A stretch of 64,000 bases of DNA from Sporopachydermia quercuum (Eukaryota). Shown piece by piece: positions 24,747 to 38,075 of the stretch; position 1 is the first letter of the stretch; every line of letters starts with the position of its first letter. The position numbers and the translations under genes were made by a program. The stretch covers positions 1,240,001 to 1,304,000 of the forward strand of contig BCGN01000002.1 in the NCBI GenBank assembly GCA_001599295.1, read 5' to 3'. The notes beneath the pieces are model-generated. The model saw nothing but the letters and a program-made list of their open reading frames with translations. It was not told the DNA's origin and did no database searches.

Positions 24747-25464
24747 TTCACCGAGTTAGCAATTGAGCAACTTTTCAGCGCTTAAAATTTATTTTCAATA
24801 GAAAGTGAGTAAGGATTATTTTCAGTACAATGCAGTATTAATTGTCCCTCAATTGTGATTTATTCGAATTTAAATGATGGAATTAATGATCATACGTTAA
24901 ATGATAAAGACAAGTAGAACAGAATGAGGTTCTAATTATTTTCGTCATGCAATTTAGCTTGATATAAAGTTAGAGTGTCCTGCAAGATAACATAGTAAGC
25001 ATCAATAGTATGTAAGTGTACATATATAGTGCATAAGAGAGCATAGCACATACATCATCACATGATCTACACAATGAATGCTACCTAAAGTTGCTTATTA
25101 TTTGGTTTATTTATGAATCAAGGATCAAATGTATCTCATTAACTCGTTGAATAAATAGACTCAATAAAGTTTAGGTTGTTCAGCTGAGTGGCTCTTTACT
25201 GACGTGGAATACCTATTGGCAGTGTGCTTGGTTCAGTGTAAACTTATAAACAGATCCTCTGGAATATTCAACTATCACTACATGAACATCCAATTTACAG
25301 ATCATATTATGTATTACAATTAAATTCGTCTCCTCTACCAAGCAAAAATGCTCACAGTAAAATACACACCTTTTGTAAAAATATATTTTACTTAATACCT
25401 AAATTTCTAACTCTTAGCTTTCTGAAAGCCAGAGTCAGAAATATCTAATTATCTTGTTCCACCT

Positions 25465-26433
25465 CTAACGAAGGAAAATCCACCAAACAAGAAAAACAAA
25501 GATCAAACCAAGAAAAATAATAGGAATATATTGTTTGATTAGAGCTTCGAGATTAATTCTCTGAGCAGATTTTCTGTATTTCTTCGACTCAGCCTTCAGG
25601 GACGAAGACAAGTTGGACATTTCTATGTCAAATGTTAGTATTATGCAAATATTTAACAATGAAACAGCTAGTCATCACTATCATTAAAATAAGGAAATAC
25701 AACATACGTTCCAAACTATCTCCGCGATAAAGTAAATCTTCGATATTTTTTGTCATAACTTTGGAAACATCCTGTAAATCAGCATTCAGTTTATCTAAAC
25801 TCTGAGTTGTTCGAACATCTTGATATAAACGTTTAGTCTTTTGCATAAATTTATCTATTATTGTTAGTCAGAAAAGGCTCACTTTGACTTTCAAGCACAA
25901 CAGACTTCTTTTAATAATTGAACATACCAAATTCATTGAAAGCATAAGGTCTTAAGTCTGGACTAAGAGCTCGCTCGCCATAACTGGTCTGGAACTCTTT
26001 GGATAATTCTGCCAAATAAGAGAATCCTAACTTCTTAGGATATGATCTATCACAAATGCAGATATATATTATTCCATTCTCCAATAAATATCTATTGATA
26101 TATTTGTTAGTATGCATATGATCATTAAAGACAACATCAAGTCTTGTGAGGTAATAATACAAAGACCACAAACTTACAATATAGCGTAATCACCAGATTC
26201 AATGGATGCTCTTGGTTCTGAATGAGGCGTAATCTTTCTGACAATCAGTTTTGTTTGTTTTTTCTGTTCAACTAATCCAAGGTCATCTTGATCATCATCG
26301 ACTGAGCTTGCTAAAGGTAATGCTGTTGTTTTGGTTAGAACTCAATGGCTATTCAACAAACAAAATCATAGTTACAATTGAACATACTTTCCCGCTTACC
26401 GTCTGCTCGGTAAATAATAGTGGATAAGACCAT
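25465..26433 (-). CDS. SEC22: R-SNARE Sec22; exons 26433-26400, 26322-26178, 26091-25928, 25854-25708, 25622-25465
   Basis: Spliced product MVLSTIIYRADALPLASSVDD..SIESG..CDRSYPKKLGFSYL..RPYAFNEFDKF..MTKNIEDLLYRGDSLE plus a C-terminal TM helix. Four canonical introns. Adjacent to DCS1 as in S. cerevisiae. Confidence 0.93.
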
Positions 26434-28342
26434 TTTGATTTCTTATATTTATTTGCTATTTGTTGTTTATTATTGTTTATGAATTTAATTGCCTCTGTCG
26501 GTTGGTCTATCTCATCCATTCGGGGTCAATTTGTTTAGGCAGCTACTTTCTTCACAATGTTGAAAAACATCAACAAGTAGAGAATGAAATGGAATACCAA
26601 AGACTAGTTGCCGCTGATGAATATCATGTAGTTTCTGTACTGATTCAAATCGTCAGCACACATATAAACATAAGGAAGCAGAATAAGTGATGATACACCT
26701 TCAAACAGAGGTCTGATTTACGACACTCTATGTCATCCATCCCCATTTCTAACACGTTATACGAATGTTGTCCCATTACTATATGACGTACTTTACTGGG
26801 GTTCCTGGAAAATGCCACTAGTCTTACACAAAACAAAAGATTAGTGATAACGTAATATTAAAATAAAAATCAACTAAAGTTCAGAAGTATACAGGTTTAT
26901 GCATCCAGGTACAGAAATCTACAAGACATATCAATTCATATAAACCCTTCGAAGGGAGTTAAGAGCGATAAAATACGGAAGGTATCAACACCACTTAATT
27001 GTTGACATAAGTCGAGATATCTTGAATTTGAGTTATCAAAGACTGGGAATTTTTTCTTTTTTCAATGTCCCAACGAAAAGATACTACTGAATTCAACCAA
27101 ATATTAGTACTTTTTCTGACGACTTAAGCGATGAGGCCCAGGAAAAGTTAGTGATGAGAGCATGGTGCGATGAGATGTAGAGCATTGGCTGAGATAGGTA
27201 GGATTCATACTCTGAGCATTACTTCATCTCTATTATTTTGAATGACTTGAGTGTCATGTTTCTTTTAATCATGTTTTCTTCTTCAGATAACTTTAGTAAT
27301 TGCTACCGTAACATTATTATCTTTTTGCTATACCTAATCCACGGAAAATGCTAGTATCTTCACAGTGTGATCATTTTTCCAGAAGTACCTTTTAGAATAA
27401 TTAAGCGACAAGGTTTGATTCTTACTATGCTTCGTATTATTGATACTTTCAGACCGCTTTTACAACAAAAAAGGATCAGCATCTTAGTTTATAGGTAAAC
27501 GTGTGACAGTGTTCTTCATTTCATAGAATATATGCTGAAATATATACTATTTAGTAAATATTTGTGCAATATAGCATTAGATCGACTAACAGTCGATCTG
27601 CAGTAGCATGCATATATGATCATTATGCTTTGACTTTAAGCACCCCGGTGCATATCAACAATACATCATAAATAAAAGGCGTTTGATAGCCACAGGATTC
27701 TATTGTTTTATATTCCATTCTGCTCTTTATAAATAAATATGTATCCAGAAAATCATATAGTAAAGATATTTGATATCCAAATGCTTCATTTCTTTCCTCT
27801 CTTCTTTTCTCATTGTTCAAGAAGCTGCAGACTATTATTGTCCATGCTGCTCTATGCCTTTCGCCTGTACCTTCTAAAGAAGTAAGTCTGTGGTATCTCT
27901 AACCAGTAGTATCAGTTGATAATTACCGCATTGGGATTATCAATAGCTATGAAAGAAATCAAAGCATTTAGACCATTGTATCATTATGAAAAAAATATTT
28001 CTATATAGGGCACCCAATATCTGAAAGGTTTCCACTGCTATTTTAGTATTTCTGATATAGAAGCCAATAGTACGGCTTTATGTTGAGTGGTGTTATTAAA
28101 TTAGATTCAATAAGTATAATAATTTAACGATAGGTTTTCGAATCAGAGAAAATCTCTAACTCAAACGGTTAAGAACTTACATAAAGAGAAGCAGTTCTCC
28201 AGGAGTCGCCGAAGGGAGATTTAAGAAAATATAGTGAATAAGGATATCAGAGAAAACCAACTCAGTTTCTTTCGTCTTTCAGCCATTGAATAACCAGATA
28301 ACTACGACAAAGTGTAATTATATCAGGGAACAATATACCAAG

Positions 28343-29203
28343 ATGGCACCTACCACTACTGTTACTGAGACCATTAAGCCAGTTCATCCCCTTGGTGAAC
28401 AAGGTGCAAAGAATATTGCTATGGGAGCTGACATTCCATACCCTATTCCAACATTTGAAGATCTATATGAGAAAAGAAAATGGATCTTAGAACACATGGC
28501 CGGAGCATTCAGAGTTTTTGGAAGAAAAGGGTTCACTGAAGGAACAGCAGGTCATATTTCAGTCAGAGACCCTGTTGATCCACATACATTTTGGATCAAT
28601 CCTTTGGGTAAACATTTCAGTTTGTTAAAAGCAAGTGACATGGTTCATGTGGATGAAAATGGCAAGGTTATCGGCGGGAACAAGGTCGCAGTAAACAGCG
28701 CTGGATTTAAGATCCATTCTCAATTACATAAAGCCAGACCTGATGTTAATGCTGCATGCCATACACATTCAACTTATGGAAAAGCCTATTCCGCGTTCGG
28801 TACTCCTTTGGAGATGATTAACCAAGATGTTTGTATATTCTACAAAGCTCACTCAGTCTATGAAGACTTTGGTGGTGTTGTACTTGAAGAGGAAGAAGGA
28901 AAAAGAGTTGCTGCTGCGATTGGTAATGGTAAAGGTGTTATCTTACAAAATCATGGTATTTTGACTGTTGGTGAAACTGTTGATGAAGCTGCTTATCTTT
29001 TTACTTTATTAGAACAGAGTTGTAAAATTCAACTTCTTGTTGATCAAGTTCCTTCTAAAAAGCCGAAGATTATCTCCGATGAAGTAGCAGCTTATACATA
29101 TCACATGACATCAGACCCCGAGACCTTATATGCAGAATTCCAACCAGACTACGAAGTTGAACTCTCAATCGACGACAATTTCCTTTTCCCTAAAGAAGAA
29201 TAA
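28343..29203 (+). CDS. Class II aldolase/adducin-domain protein (Mug14-like)
   Basis: EGTAGHISVRDP, FWINPLG, GFKIHSQLHKARPDVNAACHTHS, LQNHGILTVG. Confidence 0.88.
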   Translation: MAPTTTVTETIKPVHPLGEQGAKNIAMGADIPYPIPTFEDLYEKRKWILEHMAGAFRVFGRKGFTEGTAGHISVRDPVDPHTFWINPLGKHFSLLKASDMVHVDENGKVIGGNKVAVNSAGFKIHSQLHKARPDVNAACHTHSTYGKAYSAFGTPLEMINQDVCIFYKAHSVYEDFGGVVLEEEEGKRVAAAIGNGKGVILQNHGILTVGETVDEAAYLFTLLEQSCKIQLLVDQVPSKKPKIISDEVAAYTYHMTSDPETLYAEFQPDYEVELSIDDNFLFPKEE

Positions 29204-29661
29204 TCGGTCGATATAATGTAAAGATAGTGAATGAATAACTCTATATTATTATACGTTCAATAAAAAATCTCCAATATGAGTTGTCAATAGAGCGAGAGTA
29301 AGCCGTTCGACTTATAAAAAGCTGCAAGAATATGCAGTTTATGTACTAATATGCATATAGTGTAATTTATGCATTAATGACTATATTCATTTACTAGTGT
29401 GCAAACAAATCACATGTACACGATAACAATTTGTAATGTTTGCTTAATAATTCGTGACATTACTCTCTTCTCGTTCTCCTCCTTTGGTAGAACAGTCATG
29501 TAATATACTTGACTTCTTATTGATCAAAAGTTCTGCTGATGGGAGTAGATATATTGTATGTGAACCATAAACATACTTGCTGTTTCTGATTCGTATTGAA
29601 GTATTAACAATTATACATAACATTGAAACAAGTTTATTCTGCTACAACTATCTTGTCAACC

Positions 29662-29994
29662 ATGTCTTTTGCTATCAATACAAATGAAGGTGAAGCATGT
29701 CATCTCGACAGCAAGGTTATCAATAAATCAGACAAACAAGAATGTAAGTAAGAATATAATGGTTCTTGCCTTAGCGATTCCAAAGGTTGCGCTTCGAGGA
29801 GCTGTGATCCGTTAAAGCACTTATTTTGAGATACTAACCATATGTCAGCTCGTCCTAAGCCATGTTGCGTATGCAAGCCTGAAAAATCAGCTCGGGATGA
29901 ATGTCTTCTTTTCAATGGTCAGGAGAGCGGAAAATGCGATACCTTGATTTCTTCTTACAAGGCTTGCATGAAAGGATATGGATTTGAAATCTAA
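29662..29994 (+). CDS. COX17: Mitochondrial copper chaperone Cox17; exons 29662-29743, 29849-29994
   Basis: Not in the ORF track. Intron GTAAGT..TACTAAC..CAG. Product contains PKPCCVCKPEKSARDECLLFNG..KCDTLISSYKACMKGYGF (CCxC plus twin CX9C). Confidence 0.95.
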
Positions 29995-31236
29995 GATTGC
30001 TTGCTGTCTAATCAGAGATTTTTATTCATTGGCTGCTACTTTGATAACCTATTACTATGAACGAATCATCCTTGTATATAATCATTCGATTCGCTAGTAG
30101 TTTTTCAGGTTGAAAAATGAAGTCTTTTGTGGAAAACAGTATATAACGTGCAATGGAACCGTCTTGAGTCATTAATCTTTTTGTGATGTTGGGTTGTTTA
30201 GACAGAAAAAGGTATTAGTTGACTGATTTTGTCATTAAGTTTTTCAAAGATAGATATTTGTTTTATGGTTATAATAAAAGTTTGTTTTTTGAGTGTCATA
30301 TCTAACCTTTCACTAACCAGTATTAAACGTATTTTTTTCTTATCGTAAAGGAGGTTCAATGGCGATACTTTATTATTTGGGCTCCACCTTGGAATCTGAA
30401 GTTCAAAGAAAGAAAACATTAATTCTAGTCTGGTAACCTTGAGACACCCTAGTGATCCTATGAACAATTAACTATGCAGTTCGTCATTTGTTCTACGCTT
30501 TATAGTGACTCTAGCCGAAGAATTAACTCGTGTTATCAATTGAATTACTTAACTATTACAAGTCGAATCCTTGTTTTACCCATTGCCATAATTTGAACGA
30601 TTATTTGATTCTTAATATCATCTAAGTAATATTAGCCTTTATCATTCCTGTTGTGCAGCTTCATGCATGTTCCTGTACAATCTAACTGCACAGTTGCAAC
30701 TTGATACATTCATAGGCATTATTGACTTAACACATATGAGTTAATAATACATCAAAGCTAATTCATTGTGATATGCCATCATATTTATTTAAAACTAATA
30801 ATATCTTCACGGTTCATATATTCGAAAACTGTTTAAGAGATCCATTAATTCACTTACGTATCAACATGATATGATATTACTTCGTAAAATATAAGAAGTA
30901 TGCACTATTGACGCAATTGTACGTTAGTTCAAAAACATACCCGCGGCTTAAGAGATATTAACTTAGTCTTACCTCATAGTTTACGGTGATATAACACGGG
31001 CTATATAAATAATACAATTCCATAAAAATTCCATCTTCAATTGAGTTACCGTTCTGAAAAGACATGAGTAGTATGTTTTGTGTGTATAGCAAATTTGGTG
31101 TCGAATAATAATAGTTGAAAAGTCTTACTTGATAGCAGAAGTGTCCATCCTGATTGAGACGAGATCTATCTAATATCTCAGTAAATATCGAACTGTGTTC
31201 TCACTTTAAAAGCGGTAGTCGAAGTAATCAACCATA

Positions 31237-32193
31237 ATGTCCATTTTGTTGAATTCAGGAGCTAAGATGCCAATTATTGGTTTCGGTGCTTGGAAAGTCA
31301 ATAAATCAACCTCTGCTGATACCATTTATAATGCTATCAAAACTGGCTATCGAATGATCGATGGTGCTGCTGATTATGGCAACGAAAAGGAGTGCGGAGA
31401 AGGAGTGAATAAAGCTATCAAAGAAGGTATTGTTAAGAGAGAAGATTTGTTCATTACTTCAAAACTTTGGAATAGTTTTCACTCCAAAGAACATGTTTTT
31501 CAAGGATTTAAGAAATCATTAGACGACTGGAACTTGAAATATTTTGATCTATACTTAATTCATTTCCCAATTGCACAGACTTTTGTTGATTTTAATGAGA
31601 AGTACCCTCCAGGCTTTTACTGTGGTGATGGAGACAAGATGACATTTGAAAATGTTCCAATAGCTGAAACCTGGGCTGAAATGGAAAAGATTCATGAAAA
31701 AGGTCTTGCAAAGAGTATTGGTATTTCAAATTTCAATGGCGGTTTGATTGTTGACTTGCTGAGATATGCTAAAGTGAAACCTGCTGTTTTACAAATTGAA
31801 CATCATCCTTATCTTACTCAAGAAAATCTTGTTGAGTACATACATGACAATGGTATTGCTCTTATTGCATACTCTTCTTTTGGACCTCAATCATTTATTG
31901 AGTTAGATGTTCCAGCTGCTAAGAATGCAGTATCCTTATTATCACACAATACTATTAAGTCAATTGCCGAAGAAACCGGTAAAACTACAGCTCAAGTTCT
32001 TCTCAGATGGTCAACTCAAAGAAACATTGCAGTTATCCCTAAATCCAACCACCAAAGTAGATTAGAAGAAAATCTCAACTGTAATGACTTTGATCTTACT
32101 GAAGAGCAGATCAAGAAGATTTCCTCCTTGAACTTGAATTTGAGATTCAACAATCCTTACACTTGGCCTGGGAAGATTCCTATTTTCGAGTAA
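31237..32193 (+). CDS. XYL1: NAD(P)H-dependent xylose/aldose reductase (AKR2B; Xyl1/Gre3)
   Basis: [55 protein letters not shown]. Confidence 0.92.
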   Translation: MSILLNSGAKMPIIGFGAWKVNKSTSADTIYNAIKTGYRMIDGAADYGNEKECGEGVNKAIKEGIVKREDLFITSKLWNSFHSKEHVFQGFKKSLDDWNLKYFDLYLIHFPIAQTFVDFNEKYPPGFYCGDGDKMTFENVPIAETWAEMEKIHEKGLAKSIGISNFNGGLIVDLLRYAKVKPAVLQIEHHPYLTQENLVEYIHDNGIALIAYSSFGPQSFIELDVPAAKNAVSLLSHNTIKSIAEETGKTTAQVLLRWSTQRNIAVIPKSNHQSRLEENLNCNDFDLTEEQIKKISSLNLNLRFNNPYTWPGKIPIFE

Positions 32194-32889
32194 TTCACTT
32201 CTAAATAACCATTTATCTTTGTATTTGAGACTTATGTACTATTTTATTTCAGTAACCGTTAAATGTTGCTATAATGATTAGTTCATTAAAATCTTTTTTA
32301 CTATATCATATCGCATCGTATCATATCGTCTGTCTTATCACAATTGTTCCTTGAATATTGTAGGTGTCTATTTGTTTTTTTACTATTACGTCATAAGTAA
32401 TTATAATGCTCATCATTTATCTATTACCTCATCAAAGAGAGCCAGTAGGTCCCAGGGGCAATCCTCGAGATGGAAATACCTCATGCTCCCGCCATAGAAA
32501 AGAGATAAAATAACTGCTTCTCAGAAAGTATTTATTCCTTTCCAACTTCTGATGTTGACATTTATGGCAAATATCGTTTACAGGAAGTTAATACTTTGTT
32601 TACACGGGTAGTTGATAAACTTTTGTTATTTTACTGTATATATTATTAATAGGCGTTTTTTGGGAACAAGTTTTAAAAGAATCAGAAAAGCGGTACTAGA
32701 AGTACGGAAAACTGTGTAATAGATAACAGTGTCAACAGGAGATAAGAACTGTACACAAGGCTTGTTGATTGTTTGGGATATGCAGGTGGAAGGAAATCAA
32801 TAGTTAGTTGATTTGTATAATTAGTGGACATTGAATAAGCTCAAGAATACGATTGGTATGATTTGGTGAAAGGCTTAGAGGGAAGGAAA

Positions 32890-33790
32890 ATGTCTGATAA
32901 AGGTGGAATGACCGATGAGCAATGCAGGCTATTAGGCCCATTTGCATTGATCGTTCAAGGAGGGATGGGGATACTTGCATTATTATCGTTAGTGTGGAAA
33001 AGATACAGAGAATATCCTAATAGGAGGCCGTGGCTGGTATGGTTTTTTGATGTGTCAAAGCAAGTTCTAGGATCGTTTGGAATACATGTGCTGAATATCT
33101 TCTTTTCGGTGTTTCATCAAGACACTCCATGGATGGGTGATGATAATAATACTTTCAAGTCAGAAAGTGCTGCAGGTTCAACTAAACATATAACCCAGAA
33201 TTATTATAATCCTTTAAGTGCAAGTGAGAGGAAAGGCTTTCGAGTGTTTGGGTCAGCTGACGACAATCCTTGTAATTGGTACTTCCTAAACATTTTGTTT
33301 GATACAACATTAGGTATTCCTATACTATGGTTTTTCCTTTATGTGATATACAATTTTGCTTTAAAAGCTAAGATTCAAGGTACAATTTCTGGACAATATG
33401 GCCATCCTCCAAAGTGGTCGTACTACTGGAGGCAGCTTGTATTATACTTCGTTGGATTAGTTTGTATGAAGCTGGTGATCTACATAATACTTCAGTTGGT
33501 TCCGGGTCTAGTAGAGTTTGCAGGATTTCTGCTGAGTTGGTCCAACAATTATCCTAGATTTCAGATTGCGTTTGTTGTGCTGATATTCCCGTTATTGTGA
33601 GTATTTTCTGGTTTGAGTTTTCTAACCTTTTATTTATTAATTCTCTTCTCTAACATTTTCTAGCATGAACGCATTGCAGTACTATATCATTGACAGTATT
33701 ATTCAATCACCTGAATATAAAAATGACCATAGTCACCATCAGAGTGGTGCTTTAGGTCAGCCAGACGAAGTGGAGCATTGGTTTTACTAA
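32890..33790 (+). CDS. YPL162C-like (STIMATE family) multi-pass membrane protein; exons 32890-33596, 33664-33790
   Basis: CRLLGPFALIVQ, KRYREYPNRRP..WFFDVSKQ, NPCNWYFLNILFDTTLG. Intron GTGAGT..TCTAAC..TAG restores FPLFMNALQYYIIDSII. Confidence 0.85.
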
Positions 33791-34551
33791 CCTGTATTTT
33801 GTACTACGATCTAATGATACATATTTACCTTTGTTTAATGCATGAGTTTCTAGCAAGATATTGAACTAACGTAAGGACCAGTTTTGACATCAGCAACCAA
33901 AAGATTAAATCAGAGCCCGCGTTATGACACACTGAAAACTGCTATTTACTGATTCCTCACTCACTGATCTGCATACTCCTCATTCTATTTCTTCATTACT
34001 TACTTTCTTTTTTGAAATCCACACGTGGGTGATCATGTGATTGATGATAATATATGACTACACGTTGTTATGGTGTCTAATTGCATCATCCATGCATGTA
34101 ACTGCATATTGATTGAATTTCTATGATACTTATAGGAACATAGAATCATCTACTTATTATCTTTTATATAACCAAAAAAGCAAGATAATAGTAGTTTTCC
34201 TCCCGAAGATAACTAAGGATGTATTCGAGACTCTTGAACCCTTTATTACTGAACTTTATACCTACTATTCTCTTCTGATCCTATATTCTGTTCCCCAACC
34301 TTATTTTTATTTTGCAGCACATTACTTTGCTTTGCATACCCGTGCAGGAGAATTTTTCAGTCAATAATTTTCAAAAGTGGTTGGAGCATTCAAAGGCAAA
34401 CACAATATCTACAACCTTTACTTTAGATTTTATCAAAAGAAAAGAGAAATCTTTGATTGAATACCAATTAGCTGACCACTAGACTTCTTGGATTACTGTG
34501 AAGCTTTTGTAATACATAGACTAGCAGTATTTGCAAATATTCCTGAGAAAA

Positions 34552-35496
34552 ATGTCTGAATTACCCACTACCTTTGATGAACCAGTGACTCTTGGGGTTA
34601 TTGGCGGAACAGGTTTATATCACTTGGATTCGTTGACTCCAGTTGCAAAATTGACTATCTCAACACCTTGGGGATATCCTTCATCACCCATCACTATTTC
34701 TAGGACTAAAACTGGGTTCCCAATTGCTTTTCTAGCTCGTCACGGTGTGCATCATGACTTGACTCCTACTGAAGTCAACTCTAGAGCTAATATTGCTGCT
34801 TTGAAGCATTTAGGAGTTGAAGCAATTGTTGCCTTTTCAGCAGTTGGATCTCTCAGACAAGAAATCAAGCCAAGAGATTTTGTTATTCCTAATCAAATTA
34901 TTGATAGAACCAAAGGATTGAGACCATCTTCTTTCTTTGAAGGTGGTTTTGTTGCTCATGTTGGGTTTGGTGAACCTTTTGATGAGGATTTGGGAAGAAT
35001 CATTTCCGAGTTTGAACATGTATTAGAAGGTGATAGTATCAAACTCCACTATAAGAAGGATAAATCTGATGAAGATAAGGTCGTTATCTGTATGGAAGGA
35101 CCTGCTTTCAGTACTAGAGCTGAATCTAGATTATATCAAAGCTGGGGTGGAAGTGTTATAAACATGAGTGTTCTCCCTGAATCGAAGCTTGCTAAGGAAG
35201 CTGAAATTAGTTATCAGATGATCTGTATGAGCACTGATTATGATGCTTGGAATGATGAAGAAGAACCAGTTACCGTTGAAACTGTTGTCGGTAATTTGAG
35301 AGCTAACAGTGCCAATGCAAATACATTAGCCGAAGCTGTTCTTGAAAGATTGGAAACAGAATTGAAAGCAAAGAATATCGGACAGAAGCTAAAAGGCACA
35401 ATGAAAATGTCTGTCTCAACAAATCCGGCTGGTGTGAAGAAGGAAATGCTGCAAAAGATGCATTTCATATTCCCTGGTTATTGGCCACTTAATTGA
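34552..35496 (+). CDS. MEU1: 5'-methylthioadenosine phosphorylase
   Basis: GVIGGTGLY, TPWG, FLARHG, RANIAALK, MEGPAFSTRAES, MSTDYDAW. Confidence 0.95.
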   Translation: MSELPTTFDEPVTLGVIGGTGLYHLDSLTPVAKLTISTPWGYPSSPITISRTKTGFPIAFLARHGVHHDLTPTEVNSRANIAALKHLGVEAIVAFSAVGSLRQEIKPRDFVIPNQIIDRTKGLRPSSFFEGGFVAHVGFGEPFDEDLGRIISEFEHVLEGDSIKLHYKKDKSDEDKVVICMEGPAFSTRAESRLYQSWGGSVINMSVLPESKLAKEAEISYQMICMSTDYDAWNDEEEPVTVETVVGNLRANSANANTLAEAVLERLETELKAKNIGQKLKGTMKMSVSTNPAGVKKEMLQKMHFIFPGYWPLN

Positions 35497-35742
35497 ACAG
35501 TATAAGAATGCCAGTAAGGGAGGGTAAATGAATAGTCAAATGTTTTTTTTTTTCTGGATGAAGTATTGATTTAAAGATAAATCCTTTTCAAATGAATATA
35601 GACTAGAAACTAGAATAGAGATAAGAATGATCAATTGATCCTCAGGTTCGGTATTAAGTTTATATATTTAGACTATATATTCGTTATGCTGTATGAATCA
35701 ATGCTAACCATTGATTGTATGAAAGATCAAAACATAGTTAGC

Positions 35743-37077
35743 TCAATAATATCTATTACTTCTGGTAGCATATGCTGGTTCTTTATTTGAGAGAATAGTT
35801 TCGTTATTTTGAATTGATCGAGAAGTAGTACTACGAGTAACCCTTCTTCTTGCCTCAGTAACACTGCCAGTTAAAGGTTTCGTTTTGCTAGCAAGTCTGG
35901 AAGCATTGCTTGAAGTTTTGATAGCACCCCTTGGTTTTGGAGCAGCCGACGGAGTTCGAGAAGGTGAGTGAAGAAAAGATTCACTTTGCTTTTGAATTGA
36001 TGACAACAAATCAGCTGTCGATGGAATATTACTAGGGGTCGATAAACCAGCTTTGGGTGTTCCTGGTAATTTATCAGATTCGATTTGGTTAGGTAATGGT
36101 GGTAACCCTAAAAGCTTTCGCTGAACAGCTGTAAGTTCCTGGTTGGGTTCTGATGATCCTTTACTACTAGTTTTCTTATTATTCGAACTCTCCTTGTTGC
36201 CATTGCTATCAGCTAATGTCACAATATTGATAACAATATTAATAGTAAGAACAATATAAGTAAACCATTTAGTTTTGATAAGTATGCTGTATAGAGATAG
36301 ATTACTCCATAACCATTTCAATAATGAAATATACCCTGAAGTTTGCGATGAGTCATCATTTCCTTGATTGCCAAGAGGAATGTAGGTATTGCTGGTTAAA
36401 TAATCACTATCATCAAAGTCAAACCCATTATGATAGAAGATGTTATTGTAAAAAAAATCTGAATATGAAAGAATGCTGTATACAAAGTCCGACTCTTGTA
36501 GAATAGAGATTACCAGTTTAAACAAGAAAAGAAACAAAACGCTTGTAAGAAGTGATTTGATAGCAAAAGCCTTTGATTTCTCTTTGCTGTTGAACAGAAC
36601 CTTAGCAACTACAGGATTAATCCACCCGCTTGATTTCACAGTCTTTCCAGCATTTGGATTAACAAATAAAGGATTCTGCTTCCCTTGGGACTTAGCAGAG
36701 TTGTTTGAGGATTGAGCGTTCTCTTTATTAGAAGTATGAGCGTCAGAAGTAGAATTTTTGTATGGATCTGAGGTATTCAAATGATCATAGGTATCACCTT
36801 CACTTAAACCAAACGATGGATATGGTGAAGAATATCTATTTGGGGTTGAAACAGAGGCCAATGGAGAATCCTTTTGAAAAATATTGATAGCTGCTGTCGG
36901 TTGAGATCCAGATTGGTCATCTAGTTCATTTTTTGATTTTTCAGCAGAAAAACTGTTAGGAGTTGAACTTCTATTTGGTGCCGAGATAGTTGAGAATCTC
37001 AAAGGGGTACGTGTTGAAACATTTGACGTTGTAGGGAAGTATGGCGTGAATTTTGGTGGTTCTGCTGGTCTTGCCAT
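35743..37077 (-). CDS. POM34: Pom34-like nuclear pore membrane protein
   Basis: S/T/P-rich termini, a GWINP motif before two TM segments, and a downstream LTAVQRKLLGL motif. Convergent with MEU1, as POM34 is in S. cerevisiae. Confidence 0.6.
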   Translation of the reverse strand: MARPAEPPKFTPYFPTTSNVSTRTPLRFSTISAPNRSSTPNSFSAEKSKNELDDQSGSQPTAAINIFQKDSPLASVSTPNRYSSPYPSFGLSEGDTYDHLNTSDPYKNSTSDAHTSNKENAQSSNNSAKSQGKQNPLFVNPNAGKTVKSSGWINPVVAKVLFNSKEKSKAFAIKSLLTSVLFLFLFKLVISILQESDFVYSILSYSDFFYNNIFYHNGFDFDDSDYLTSNTYIPLGNQGNDDSSQTSGYISLLKWLWSNLSLYSILIKTKWFTYIVLTINIVINIVTLADSNGNKESSNNKKTSSKGSSEPNQELTAVQRKLLGLPPLPNQIESDKLPGTPKAGLSTPSNIPSTADLLSSIQKQSESFLHSPSRTPSAAPKPRGAIKTSSNASRLASKTKPLTGSVTEARRRVTRSTTSRSIQNNETILSNKEPAYATRSNRYY

Positions 37078-38075
37078 TGGGATTATTATTTGTTATAATA
37101 GTGATGACGCTTATAGTTTGGTGGTACTAATTGAAATAGACACTACCAAGCTATAAATGAATTTGATACAGCTCTCAGGAAGTTCAAAGTAAAATGCAAA
37201 TTCAAGCAACGTTCGAATCAAAAGTGCGTAATCGCTGATTGTTTCCTGCTGATCTGATCTAGATGATAGATTGCAATAATTTGTTTCGCCTGAATAACAG
37301 TTTTGCTTAAACTTATCATGTAATCATAAAAAGATGGCCTGTGTGTTGAATGATTATGTAATATTAGATCAATACTTCCTATTGATTATGTCATCAAATA
37401 CAAATTATTAGTAAACTATTCATAGTTCTATGTATCATTTAGCATTTACTTTAACTTAATTGAAATAATGTTGTGATAGAGCATAAGCAATGTTGGTATC
37501 AGCATCAATTTGTTCTTATTTAGTTGATTGCCCTTTCGGCAAACCAACATCAAGTTTAAATCTATTTATATATTTAGTTCATTCTTGCAAATATAGTTTA
37601 ATTGTCTTCTATGACGTCTGAATTCTTCACACAACCAACTGCCATACAAAATTTAAACGGAGCAAGGAAAAGCATCATGTGACAATGATTTCTTTATACA
37701 TCATATAGGTACGAAACACTAAAGCCCATCACATAGCCCGGCTTGAGTATTGTAAGGCATTTTATTTTGTTCATTTGATGTAATAATATATTATTGGGTT
37801 CTCTATTCTTTTTGTCTATCAATTAGCTATAATAGTTCTTGCTGTTAAGTAACTATTGAGAATATAGCACTGGTTGTTTTTGCTGAATTCCAGGAGTAAT
37901 AGAAGATCGGTTGGATGGATTGAATGAATATAGCCAATTGCAGTATGCTTTTCATTACTTTCATTTCTACTTTGTTTCCTACTGTCTATTGTTTCCTCTG
38001 AAGCTCTCAGATCAACCAATTGTTGTTTTCAATAATTGCTGAATTATTTCACTGATTATAGCTCATCTTGTCAAT

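Noticed and set aside
658..31770. Alternative CUG code (Ser or Ala)
   Set aside because: CTG falls at conserved Leu positions (ArfGAP RSLTLD, kinase DLLK and RETLKG, reductase DLLR), consistent with the standard code.
28343..35496. Class II aldolase plus MEU1 as a methionine-salvage cluster
   Set aside because: The aldolase looks Mug14/adducin-like rather than Mde1-like, and three unrelated genes lie between them.
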